Source: Octopus sinensis (taxonomy: Eukaryota). Taken from it: a DNA stretch of 64,000 nt. The notes beneath the pieces were generated by a model, which did no database searches, was not told the origin of the DNA, and worked only from the letters and a program-made list of their open reading frames with translations. This document shows positions 1 to 12,525 of the stretch, piece by piece (the first letter of the stretch is position 1; each line of letters begins with the position of its first letter). The stretch spans positions 26,660,001 through 26,724,000 of the forward strand of contig NC_042999.1 of NCBI RefSeq assembly GCF_006345805.1. Reading direction: 5' to 3'. The position numbers were made by a program, and so were the translations under genes.

Positions 1-847
1 AAGTGGACACAGATATAATGTCAATTTATTTGTAATGAGTTACTAAAAATTGTGATTAATCAAAAAACAAAGGTGAGGGATTAGTGAATACGAGACTGAT
101 ACTCCAAAAACTGCTCGCACATTAGGCATTTTTGAACAGAGCAAGAGATGAGGCAGGGGTTCTCATTTTTGCTTTCACTTTTCAATACCTTTAATTTTGC
201 TCCAATTGACATCAAATTTTGTATATCCATGTAGTTTTATATGCTGATTATGGAAATTCATATTTGCCATAGATGAATAAAAAAAAATTAATAGTTTTTA
301 AAATATCCATATGCTGGGTAATTTTAGTCAATCGAAAGCCACAAACATATTGCTGCCTATATCCATAGTAAAATCCAAGGTACATATAGTCTACTTTTAT
401 CCATTTTTTTTTATTGCTGCTCAGCCACGTTTAGTTTATCGTTTAGTTTTTCTTAGAAACGAACGGATATCTTTCGTTGTGTTTTCCTGCCTTTGCACGT
501 CCGCTGATGTCTGAGAGACGAACGGTTGTTTTATACTGGATTTTCCTGCTATTTCCGTAGTTTTTTTTTTCGTAATTTAACGCTCACTTAAATTAAAAAT
601 TCTTCTTTCCAGTGTTTGCACCCCTGTTCTAACATTTGAAATTACTTTATTCATTAAAGCTTATTAGAACTTCTGCCGTTGAATGTTTAGTCATCGAAAT
701 GTTGTCATCATGCACAAAATCCCAGCTTCCAAATTCTGATTTTCATTTGGGTAAAAAGTCTATCAGAATAGTCAGAAGAATGCATACATATGTACATCCA
801 TCCATCCATCCATATATATATTTATAAATATATACGTATATATATAT

Positions 848-895
<48 letters not shown>

Positions 896-1063
896 ATACA
901 TACACATACAGGTACGTAATAGTGTACAAACAATTTACGTATTTATACACAAAGAGGTGACTTTCGACAAGACACATTACATGCTAGAAAGGGCAGTTAG
1001 AGTCCAAACCACGAATAAGAGCAATTTCAAAGGGAATGAAAATATAAATATTTTTGAAGTTAC

Positions 1064-1132
1064 CCTCAGACTCAAGTTTCTGTATCAATGTACAAAATAA
1101 ATTAATTTACCATCCGTACTTCTTTAGTGAGG
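1064..1132 (-). ncRNA. Degenerate type-I hammerhead ribozyme motif (family A)
   Basis: Minus strand reads CCUCA-CUAAAGA-(stem II region)-GAAAC-UUGA-GUC-UGAGG. Stem I CCUCA/UGAGG pairs perfectly; the core has G5->A. The flank resembles the repeats at 6292-6750 and 11409-11590. Confidence 0.45.
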
Positions 1133-2807
1133 GCGCTAAAGTTAATGCATATTTATACAGCAAATAGCACCGAAAATACACGTGGTACGTACTTATACAT
1201 TATCATTATCAAATCCACCGCGCAAGCGCAGTTACATTCGGTAATAAGTATTAATGAAAAATTGAATCTGCGTAGCAGAAAGGCTTTGAAACTATCTCTT
1301 TTCTGTCTATCTCTCCCCCTCTCTTGTTCTTGTTATATATATATATAAACGGAGTATACAATAACTCATGAAAATAATATTAACGTTCAAGCTTCGCCGA
1401 TTTAATCTTCCATAGCGATGTAAAATTCAAGGGTACAATATAATTTAATAGTATGGTTTTTACTGTATAAATAGGCACCAGTTTAGTGTATATATATATA
1501 TATATATATATACATATATCAGTGGCGAATCCAGGTCATCAGCGTCACGCGGCCTCATCACAGATTTCGCATATGACACATGCCTGCCAAGACTTTCACA
1601 TTTTCCCGCAATATTTCTAGACCCAAATGACTTATCTTTTTATCTAGCAGTATGTATTTCTCCATTTCTAAGGTAAGGGTAAAAATAAAGCCACCCTGCA
1701 AAACGCAACTGATCGTGACATACAGACATACAGAATAACGGCAATCAAATAACGGCAACGAAGTGACCAACAAACATCAGCTATCTGAATGTCGCTTGTA
1801 CACTTGACAAGGGATACCAGTAACTCATTTACACCTACCAGGCTCATTCGCATTAGCCCGTGTTGCTGGATAATTTTTCGTTCCTTTGAAAATATTGTAG
1901 AATGAAAATTTTTATAGATTGGAATTTAAATCGTAATCTCTATAGAAATTGATAGTTTCATTGAATTTGAATTACTTTTGATCTTTCTGATAATAAATAA
2001 CAACTCGAGCTGTAACTTTGGAGTCCGACTCAGACGTGTGCGAACGGTGTTGAGATAATTTCTCCTACCAATAGTATTTTTTTTTATCTAGATCACCTCT
2101 AACATCACCACCAGACCCTGAGCGAAAATAAATGAACTGCGACCAGCTCAATAAAAGGACACCCAAGTCAGTGTTGGCAGAAATTGAATCTGCTTGCAGA
2201 AACACGTTCACTTTGCTAAATTTATACTCGGGCTAAACCCGAACACACCGAGTGCCGGAGACTCCACGGATATATATATATATATATACATGCATACATA
2301 AATACATACATACACACAGGTGTATATACGTAGCAGGGGCTGTCCGATTGACACGTATAGACTGATAACATAGATATAACGCATTTTTAAGTAGTGAGTC
2401 ACTATGATCGAATGATGTCTCCTTAATATGCAACCGCCTTATTGCCTTAGTCTAATGGCTAATTCCAGTAAAAATGAAATATACTAACAAGAATGAAATC
2501 GTTGTGACTGGAAGTAAGTGTAGCCAATATGTTTGACAAAACAATTTATAATAACTATACGATTAATTCTATGGGAAGAATTATAAAAAATTCAAAATAT
2601 TGGAAGCTGATTACTTTTAAACATTAAGTTAAATATGGACTGAAGTCGGGGATAAAATGTGGAGAATATAGCGTTAATTTCATATATAATTCTCGTATTT
2701 GACATCATATTGCCGTTACATGATTTCAAATATTACGTAAATTGGCTCAATGAAAATGAAAGACAAGAGGACAACTAAAAGCTTTTAAAAATAACAAGTT
2801 GAGTAAT

Positions 2808-3438
2808 TGTTTCAAGTGATATCTTGAAAAAATTTGTTTAATTCTCAGTTGGGATGACAAATATAATTCTCACATTATTTCAGTCATAAAGTTATATTGC
2901 ATTTCTAAATATCAGCAATATTCAATAAAAATGTCAATGCAATGAATAGTATAACTAGATTTAGATACGTCAAATTCAATTCCCAACCTACAAAATTTAT
3001 CTCGTATATTTTCCTGATTACTATACGAAATGGGTACTAAAAAGTTCAGTGTAATATTTCGATCAATCAAATCGATTACAATGCTTTTCCAAAAACATAC
3101 CTTACGTTTAAACAAAAACATAGGACATTATATAGCACAAAACAGTTTGTTTGTTTAGACATCCGAATACAAGAGATCACAGAATTACCAACGATATATT
3201 TGCTGCAAAATTCAGAAAGTAGTGACTCGTCATCATTCTATCGTACTGCTAACTTCGCATCATTTTATTTTTCATTATCAAATATGATGTATGATTTGTA
3301 ACAGAATAAGATTTATATTCAAAGAAATATAGAAGATATTTCTAAACGGAGATCTCGTAGTATTTAGAAAATTGCATATGTATGTGTGCAAGCATTGGAA
3401 TGCCTTATAAAATTTAGACCGTTATATATGACTTATAC
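2808..3438. repeat. ~630-bp direct duplication, copy 1 (copy 2 at 7960-8589)
   Basis: Collinear, near-identical non-microsatellite sequence, roughly 90% identical by eye. Confidence 0.9.
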
Positions 3439-3879
3439 CAGTTCTAAACTATAACAATAATTTGTGGGACCCATTTCATATTTATGCATTTTAGAGAGAA
3501 AGGTATGTAAATATTTACGCATCAAGATACTGCTGTTATATAATATCTACGGAATAAGTAACACACACATACACTCACCACCTCTCCCACATATGTAAAC
3601 AACCCCAAAGACTGTAAAATACGAAGAGCGACTACATAGGTCTTCTGTATGATAACTGAAATTATGTATTATTTTTTATCATAATAACATTTGCTCCAAT
3701 TAGAGCGACTAAATCTAAACAATTGTTTAGATTTAGCCGGTCTAATTGAAGAATATATTATTATTAATATATATATATATATATAAAGAGACTTTATAGA
3801 GACTTAGTAATTTTAATATTTCTATATATATATATAATTACACTTATTATATACAAGAAGCATTTACATTTTTGATATT

Positions 3880-4870
3880 GAACTATATAAGTCTATGATT
3901 AGGAAGGAATTACGCAGCAAACATAGAGACGCTAGTAACGACGTATTAAAAATAATTAGCAAAACACGGCTACAAATCGTCAAAGATCTAGCCATAGATG
4001 ATGGAACTGAACCCTATGTTCCCCGAAAACTTCGGAGTTTGCTTAAGGATCATAAACCTAACTTTCTTATTAACCCCTCAGTTAGATTGATTTATTCCTG
4101 TAAATCCGATATAAGCATTATTAGTAAAAAATAAATATCATTTATAGGGTAATACCCGTCCTTAAGTCTAAAATTAGATTAGTCCTCTGGTCAGATGTCC
4201 AAAAGGTGGTTGGATGGTTTAAGCTTCTAGAAAGTAGTAAGAATAGTAAATTCTTGCAACTTGATATAGAGACCTAGTATGCCACTCTCAACCCAATCGT
4301 TCTTTATCAAGCCCTGATTTTTAGCATGTAAAATTCCGATTTCTCCCGATGCGAAATAGATATAATTGCCACGCGAGCCACTCTAGTAGATTTTGATGGT
4401 AGATTATGGAGTAGATTAGACAGGGAAAATGCATTTCCCATTGCGGTGGGCTCACATGACTTTACTTAAGCCACTGATGAAGTTGGAATATATATCCTTT
4501 CATTAATACAGTCTCCCTTTCCGGAAGTAACAGGGTGTCTATATAGGGATGATGCCTTATTTTTTCTAGACAGAAGCAGTAAAGTACAGTTAGAAAGGCC
4601 TAGGAAAAATTTCTTTAGGCTTTTTCAAAAAATTTAAGACTAAACGTTGCTATAGGTAAAGATTATCGTAGAGTGAACTTTCTTTACGCTACCTCCTGCC
4701 TTGATACTAGATTATTTGAACCATCTCATAAGCTAAATGATCATATTAAGTACATTAATGTAGCATACAACCATCCACCTTCTATTATACGGGGACTAGT
4801 TAAGAATCTACAAGAATCTCTATATTATCTGCTAACAAAATTTTTGAATCTCATTCATATTATTACAATG
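3880..4870 (+). mobile_element. Decayed Penelope-like retroelement, RT region
   Basis: Frameshifted translation gives LKDHKPNF..RLI..KSDISIISKK, W..V..WF..FLQLDIE, CLYRDD (catalytic motif) and VNFL..YINVAYNHPPSII, all typical of PLE reverse transcriptase. Confidence 0.85.
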
Positions 4871-5130
4871 TTGCTCTAGCTGGGGCTGGGTACCGTGAAA
4901 AAATCCAATATATACAAGAAGCAGGCATGCACAACACTGCTATGTACATTGTATACCACCAAAACATTAATGTTTGAGAAATCACTCAGATGAAGAATAA
5001 ATGCCTGAAATAATTGTTCATATCATTGAACTACTAACGAAAACCCATTGAAACACGCCACGTAATAATTCAACTGCTTGTTCCAATCCTGTACAACAAT
5101 TGTCGTGATTAGTAATAAATTCTCATTCGC

Positions 5131-5316
5131 GGTTACAAAAGTGACGGAGGGTGCCGGTCAGCACCGATTATGCTAAACTAAGACTTAACTAAATATTGCC
5201 GGGGACATACATCCATTTGTAATTTATTAAATTAGTGTGGTTAGTGGCTTTAGGGATAATTTAACTTATTTTAGCATAATCGGTGCTGACCAGCACTCTC
5301 AGTCACTTTTGTGACC
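5131..5316. mobile_element. MITE-like element with ~47-bp terminal inverted repeats
   Basis: GGTTACAAAAGTGACGGAGGGTGCCGGTCAGCACCGATTATGCTAAA matches its imperfect reverse complement at 5270-5316. No clear TSD. Confidence 0.65.
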
Positions 5317-5330
5317 TCTCTCTCCTTCTC

Positions 5331-5381
<51 letters not shown>

Positions 5382-5389
5382 CTTACATA

Positions 5390-6200
5390 GAAGGTACGAT
5401 GAATAAACTGTCGCCTAAATTACACAAAAACGAAAATAACACCGACATCTCATTTTAAGAGATATATGTGCCAAAACTACATAAAAATATCTTGAATTAC
5501 TAAGGATTAAATTTATTCAATAAAATCGCCATTGGCTTGGAACATTACCTCCATACTTTAAGGAATCCTGCAAAGTTTCGGGATGGTCTACTTCTTTAAT
5601 TTGATGAACGCTGCCATAATCGTTGCCTTCAGTTCATCTTAGGTGTTACAAGGAGTTTTCTAGTTTCTGGCCAGACATTAGAAGTGATGTGGTCGCAGAA
5701 ATTATCTCAGTGCGATGACTGTTTGTGTAGTATCGTGCAGAGTCCTGTTACCAGACATAGTGTCTTCCAGTAGCCACCATCTACCCAGGGCAGCACTATA
5801 TCATCCAGGCACTTGATGAAGGCCTCGCTGGAGAGTGGGAGGCCTTGTGGGAATATGAATGGAGGCATAACGTCACCATCATTAGTGATCACTCCAAACA
5901 CCATGATGTTGACTGGATGTTTGATTTCTATCACTCTCGGTACATGTCCTCAGATTGCACTGTCCTCAGACTGACAGACAGTCACCCCGAAATGTCCGTA
6001 TTGGAGCTTACGGTGCGAATGCCAAGCAATGCAGCATGTCATTTCTAGATTTCTAGCTGAGAGAATTGCGTCATGGTGCGCTTTTTTCTCACAAACTATG
6101 CACAACTGCCCCTACTATACTGTCTAGATAATAAAATCAAATCAAAAGCAGACAATGCGCCTGCCCGAAATAAAAACAAAATAATATGGTGCACGCTATG

Positions 6201-6205
<5 letters not shown>
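5390..6205 (-). mobile_element. Tc1/mariner superfamily remnant, maT/DD37D-like
   Basis: ORF 5707-5934: KHPVNIMVFGVITNDGDVMPPFIFPQGL..CLDDIVLPWV. Downstream NVWP and ELKATIMAAF..ANGDFIE* complete the transposase C-terminus. Confidence 0.8.
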
Positions 6206-6261
<56 letters not shown>

Positions 6262-6291
6262 CAGTGTACATTGAAACAAGTAAGTGGCATA

Positions 6292-6624
6292 CATCATAGG
6301 ACTCTTTGCATACTAGAGAGGACAGTTAAATTCCAAATCATTATTAGGGATAAATTTTAGAAGTGTATGAAAAATGAAAACATTTACCATGTAACTCCTG
6401 GACCAACGTTTTCAGACCTTTTTTTTAGCAAATAGAATCTAAGGTGTACCTGCTGAAGAAGACTTTGCCTAGCAAATTATTTTATTAGCTAAACAAAATT
6501 CTGAAACCATTGGTCCAGGTGTTAGATGGTAAATGTTTTTATTTTTCATTCAGTTCGAAATTTTATCCCTAATAGTGGTTTGGAATTTAACTGTCCTCTC
6601 TAGCGTGAAAAGAGTCCTATGATG
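6292..6624. repeat. Head-to-head inverted pair of an HHR-bearing repeat (PLE pseudo-LTR-like)
   Basis: 6292-6435 is the imperfect reverse complement of ~6475-6624 (catcataggactc...cctggacc / ggtccagg...gagtcctatgatg). Confidence 0.85.
6448..6520 (+). ncRNA. Type-I hammerhead ribozyme, intact core (family A)
   Basis: Stem I ACCUG(6448-52)/CAGGU(6516-20); core CUGAAGA 6453-59; long imperfect stem II; GAAA 6503-06; stem III ACCA-U-UGGU; GUC cleavage triplet 6513-15. Confidence 0.75.
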
Positions 6625-6802
6625 GACTCCTCTTAGTGGTGAAATGTACGCTGTATCCATAGGAATAATATATAGTCTATTGACTAAACTTTTACACGCT
6701 AGGCCATTAGTAATGGAAATTCCTAATATTTCCAATTACCCTTTGATATTATTAATATACGTATGTATATATGTATGTATGTATATATATCTATAAATAT
6801 AT

Positions 6803-6859
<57 letters not shown>

Positions 6860-7959
6860 ATATATGCATACATAGGAATTAAAATTAAAATATTTATAAA
6901 TGGGAAACAGTGGAAAATGGAGAAATTGACATGCAGACAACCGTTTATTTAAAGATATTCAAATCGATAGAATGAAATTTCAGTCCTACAGTAGTTTCTA
7001 TATCCGGTTAGTTCAATCACAGAATTTAAATTAGATCAAATTAATTTTAATTAAAATTTCATGTTGAAACTGATTAATTGGGTATTTCACCAGGGAAGAA
7101 TTGTCCAAAGAGAGTTACATCTCAACTTGTTGTTTGACCTACGACAGACTCAGATGATTGCATTGCTTTAAAAGAAACTGCTATTTTCATATACATACAT
7201 ATAGGTAAATACGTTTGATGTATTTGTGCCCATGCATATATAATACATGATGGTTTTTTATAAATGGCGGTGTTGGAGTTAGCACGGAAATGATGTTACA
7301 TGGGGAGGAGAGAAGTTTAAACGAGTTAAAGATATTGATGGGGAGAGAGAGAGAGGGTGAGGGGTGTAACATTCATCAGGTAGTTGGGCATGTGTTTGTT
7401 AAAATACTGGAGACAACAAAAATTATGACGCATCGAAACTATTAGTTTATATAGGTGTTGAGTCGTCAATATCTGTGCGTAAATCTACGGTCAATATAAT
7501 CTGTGTATACAAAAGCAAAAACTGGATATTGCCAGATACCATTTATAGATAATTTATATTAAAAGAAAGTATACTAATGTAATTATTATTAAGATATGCT
7601 TTATCTCAAATTTAGTTTTATAAATTATTATAAGAATTTCCACGATATATTTTTGAGAAACGTGTCTAATTGAATCTATAGTAAAACACCAAAACATCGT
7701 AACGTCCATCTGTACCATTTAATAAAAATATTATATTATATTAAATTATATTATATTATATATATTTCATCAATATTATAAATACTACCTATTTGTTAAC
7801 GCTTATCATCAATGATGATTATCTATTTAATGGTAGTTTTTAAGATTCTATTTACATACGTGAACACATGAAAAACAAGTCTCTATTTTAGCATTTAAGA
7901 AATATCTCCTAGAATATAAGATCAAAAATAATTCTTCCTGACAGAAAAAGCAATAGGAG

Positions 7960-8589
7960 TTTCCAAGCTTATCTTGACAAAATATGTTTAATTCTCAGTT
8001 GGGAGGACAAATATAATTCTCACATTATTTCAGTCATAAAGTTATATTGCATTTCTAAATATCAGCAATATTCAATAGAAATGTCAATGTAATGAATAGT
8101 ATAACTAGTTTTAGACACGTCAAATATAATTTCCAACCTACAAAATTTATCTCTTATGTTTTTCTGATTACTATACGAAATGGGTACTAAAACGTTCAGT
8201 GTAATATTTCGATCAATCAGATCGATTACAATGCTTTTCCAAATAACATACTTTACGTTTAAACAAAAACATAGGACATTATATAGCACAAAACAGTTTA
8301 TTTATTTAGGCATCCGAATACAAGCGATCACAGAATTACCAACGATATATTTGCTGCAAAATTCAATAAGTAGTGACACGTCTTCATTCTATCTTAATGC
8401 TAACTTCGTATCATTTTATTTTTCATTATCAAAAATGATGTATGATTTGTAACAGAATAAGTTTTATATTCAAAGAAATGTAGAAGATATTTCTAAACGG
8501 AAATCTTGTAGTATTTAGAAAATTGCTTATGTATGTGTGCGAGCATTGGAATGCCTTATAAAATTTAGACCGTTATATATGACTTATAC
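7960..8589. repeat. ~630-bp direct duplication, copy 2
   Basis: Collinear match to 2808-3438. Confidence 0.9.
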
Positions 8590-8619
8590 TTTGAAATATT
8601 ATGAACAAAAAAACTAAAA

Positions 8620-9682
8620 GCAGTTTTCTTGCTTACAATCTCCCACTCCACACAAAAACATTTTTCTTGTATTTCAAGTTCCAAATAAATTTACTGAGGC
8701 TAGTAGAAGAAGACTGTTGTTATTATTAAAGAAGTAAACATGGCTAGGGACGTGTTTCTTAACAAAACTTTGCGTGGCCCCTATGTAGAAGGCACTTTTA
8801 CCTCAGATGTAAACGATATTCTTTTCTTGACAATAATTTTTAAATAAACATTCACATCTAACTCTGAAATCACAAAATCACATTTTCATTAGTACTCGTA
8901 TTATTACTCTGTTTCACGTCATTACATGCAGTATATTTGTTACTTCCGATTTTATCTACATTCAAGAGTTTGTGATGGGATTTAACACGGGTTGTTTCCC
9001 CTTGTACACTAGACGTCCCAAATTTACCTACATTAGTAGCGTTTATTCCATTAGTATTACTATTATGGCGTTTACTACTATCAAAATTATAAAAATTAAA
9101 TAATTTTCTTTCGTTAATTGAAGATATAATCTGACGTACATTATTACATACGGAATAACTAATTTTAAGATGCCATCGGTGAATCATATCATAATATCTA
9201 TATTCATTTGTAAAGTCTATAGAGAAGAGTTTGTAGAAGTTCTCAATCAAATTATCCTTAATTCGCTTAGCCAATAGAACTATGAACGAAACAATGTCGT
9301 TTTTACCAGGAGATGCATTAGAATTTTCAAATTTTCGAGCATTATTGAATATATAAGGAGTTTGTTCCTTTATCCCGTTATCAGTGTGTGATAGTATGTG
9401 GACGATTAGAAGAACGAATTAATAGATTGGTTCTTATATTTTCTGTATCATTTTTCACATTTGGACATTTAACCTTACCTACTCTATGCCTACTCCTATT
9501 CGTTGCTATTTGATTAAAGTCATTGCTAATATAGGAAACATCTATGTTGGAGGTGCTGATGTCCATAGGTTTAGGGTAATATTTTATTCTTATGATTGCA
9601 TCCAGCTTTACTAAGATCCGCATTATAATAATCGACATTTTTGTCAAAAATATCCTTATCACACGATGAATTAGAAATTCTT
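8620..9682 (-). mobile_element. Decayed Penelope-like element (RT thumb to GIY-YIG)
   Basis: SSNRPHTI, LKISYSVCNNVRQIISSIN, then C..C..KNIVY..FYIGAT (GIY-YIG-like) near 8750-8870. Flanked by a ~29-bp direct repeat. Confidence 0.75.
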
Positions 9683-9826
9683 TTTGAAATATTATGAACA
9701 AAAAACTAAAATATCATATGCAGTTAGCATCAGCATTTTTTTCGCAAATCGACCACCGATTCATACGCACATACAAACGTACTTACTTGTAGACGCACAC
9801 ACATACACAGAAATATATCTATACAC

Positions 9827-9885
<59 letters not shown>

Positions 9886-10058
9886 ATATATATATATATA
9901 TAACATTAATATGTATAGGTATGGTGATGCAAAAAGAATAGTAGAACTCAAAATATGTGTTTATGTATATTTTTCTTAATTTATTAATATTTTTGCATAA
10001 AGAACAACGTGATTCAAGGGCAGAGAATTTTGTAAGTTGGCACTTATAAGTGCATATA

Positions 10059-11278
10059 TTAGGTCGTGAAATATGAAATTTGAAGTAATGTATATGAGAA
10101 ATTTGACAGCTGCTCCTTTTGCGCTATTATTATATTTTGACAATCTTTATTCTAACTCATTTCGTGCTTCATAAAGTATTTAAAAATCGTTTTTTTGCTA
10201 TTTTTGTTTAGAGATGGATAAATCGGAAATTTGTACTGTTTTGAAATACGAGTTCTTTCGTGGAAATACATCACAGACAGCTCGGAGTCTTAATGGAGTA
10301 TTCTAATGTTATAACAGAGGAGAGAGTAACAAAGTGGTTTGCAAACTTTCGTTCTGGTAACGTTGACATCAATAATTAGCAATGCGGTCCACCAGAAACA
10401 AATGTAGATAATGACAATCTGAAAGCTAGTGTCGAGTCAGATCCATCTCAAAGTGCCTGTGAATTATCGTTGTTGTTTGGTGTTAGCAACTATACAATAT
10501 TGACTCACCTAGTTCAAATTGGTAAAGTGAAAAAAGTTAGATAAGTGAGTTCCACATGAAAATCGAAAACAGCAACTTTTAGAAGCCTGTATCATGGTAA
10601 TTTCTCCTCACAAAAAGGCATCAGTTTTTAATTGAATTGTAACATGTGGTGCGAAATGCATCCAATAGAACAATATTAGGCTGAACAAAGCACAATGGTT
10701 GGACAAAGACGAGCCACCAAAACACAGTCCAAAAAGCAAAATTTACCAAAAGAAGCTGATGGTTTGTGTTTGGTGGTCTGGCGCAGGTGTGATCCATTAG
10801 GATTTCATGAAACCTGGTTCATCAATCATAGCCGAAGTATACTCCAGACAACATGATCAAATGATGCAGAAACATACAAAAAAAATGCAGCCTTGATTAG
10901 TCAAACGATTCATTCTTATTTTATTGCTAGACAACGCCAGACCACACATCACATTGGCGAAACTACAGGCGTTGGAGTTGGAAGTTCTCCATTATCCACC
11001 TACGTACTCGATCTTGCCTCCATCGACTACCACTTCAAGAATTTGGATAACCTTTTGATAGGAAAAATATTAATTCCGATGATTCTGTAAAGCAGGCCTT
11101 CCAAGATTTTATTGACTCTAGATAGCCAGGCTTTTACAGTTCCAAGCTGGACAAGCTACCGCTGAAATGGCAAAAGTGTCTTATGGGTGTATGTTTTGAG
11201 AAATAAAAAAGCTATTCCTTGAATTTATAAAACATGAGCAAACTCTTTTCTTTTCTACAAATTTCATGCATGACGACC

Positions 11279-11281
<3 letters not shown>
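10059..11281 (+). mobile_element. Full-length decayed mariner transposon
   Basis: TIRs TTAGGTCGTGAAATATGAAATT / AATTTCATGCATGACGACCTAA. Frameshifted transposase MDKSEICTVLKYEF..KWFANFRSG..VPHE..KKLMVCVWWSG..HYF. Confidence 0.9.
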
Positions 11282-11367
<86 letters not shown>

Positions 11368-11513
11368 TCATATAAATGCAGTGTACATTTAAACACATAA
11401 GAGACATCCAACATAGGACTCCGTGCACGCTAGGGAGGATGGTTAGATTCCAAACTACTATTAAGGATAAAATTTTGAAGGGAATGAAAAGTTAAAACAT
11501 TTACAATGTAACT

Positions 11514-11582
11514 CCTGGACCAATGGTTTCAGACATTTTTAGCAAATAAAATAAATTGCTAGGCTAAGTCTTCTTCATCAGG
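11514..11582 (-). ncRNA. Hammerhead motif, family A, core C3->A variant
   Basis: CCUG-AUGAAGA-AGAC..UAGCAA..UUGCUA..GUCU-GAAA-CCAUUG-GUC-CAGG, inside repeat 11409-11590 homologous to 6440-6624. Confidence 0.55.
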
Positions 11583-12093
11583 TACACCTTATATATATAT
11601 ATATAAGGCAATCCAGTATATGCCCCGTGCTTATACATTCTAATTTTTCAAATTAGCTCCTTGTCGGTAGTAAATAAAATTCCGGCTTTTCAATTCGAAA
11701 ATTATGCAGAAAATTCATCAATAATTAATAACAAAAGGTAATCAGAAATATTTGAAATTTCCATTACCAGTGGCATAGCTTGTAAAAATTTATTCAAAAG
11801 ACTATATATTATTCATATAAAAACAGTGTGCATTTCAGAGGCACCAATCATAGGAGCCCTGATGAAGGGGAATATTGTTTATGCTGCATGTCTCGTTTAA
11901 CTGTCTTTATTCTACTGTTCGAAAAAGTCCGTTTTCTATGTTTTCGTTTTGTTTTCGTTTCTCATTTTGTTTAACGTTTTTTTAAGTCCTGTACCCATAT
12001 ATGCATGTATATATGCATATATATGTAGGTATGTACATATATGAATGTATATATGCATATGCTTATATATTATTTTTATCATATATATATATA

Positions 12094-12402
12094 TATGACA
12101 GTGTATATGATGAAGGGAACGCTGGCAGGATATTTAAAAAAATATAAACAGTTAAGTGCAATTTAGAAAAAGAGGTGGGGGAGAAATAAATGAGCAGAAA
12201 ACCAAGAGTGTAGAAGTGTAGAGTGATAGCTTTATTACCATTCTTCTATCGCTGTACATTTCGCCACTCTTGGTTTTCTGCTAATTTCTTTTTTTATCCG
12301 CCTCCTCTATTTCTAAATTGCATTTGACGTTAAATTTATTAAAGTAATTTTCTTTAAAAAAAAATAACTTGCCAGCGTTCCCGTCATCATATACACAGTC
12401 AT
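12094..12402. repeat. ~310-bp imperfect inverted repeat upstream of an HHR
   Basis: atgacagtgtatatgatgaagggaacgctggcagg...gcagaaaaccaagagtg is mirrored by cactcttggttttctgc...tgccagcgttcccgtcatcatatacacagtcat. Confidence 0.8.
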
Positions 12403-12437
12403 TACATTCGGCTTATTGAGGTATTTTGTTTGTCTAT

Positions 12438-12525
12438 TTTCCCTGATGAGAAGATTGTATTGTTTTAGATCATTATATACCCTCTGGAATAATACAAATG
12501 ATTTCTTCGAAACATGTGTCAGAAG
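12438..12525 (+). ncRNA. Type-I hammerhead ribozyme candidate (family B)
   Basis: CUGAUGA 12443-49; stem II GAAGA/UCUUC extended by UUGUAUU/AAUACAA; GAAA 12509-12; stem III ACA/UGU; GUC 12518-20; weak stem I with a C-A mismatch. Confidence 0.6.

Noticed and set aside
11869-11930. CUGAUGA...GAAA-AA-GUC as another hammerhead
   Set aside because: No convincing stem I or stem III.
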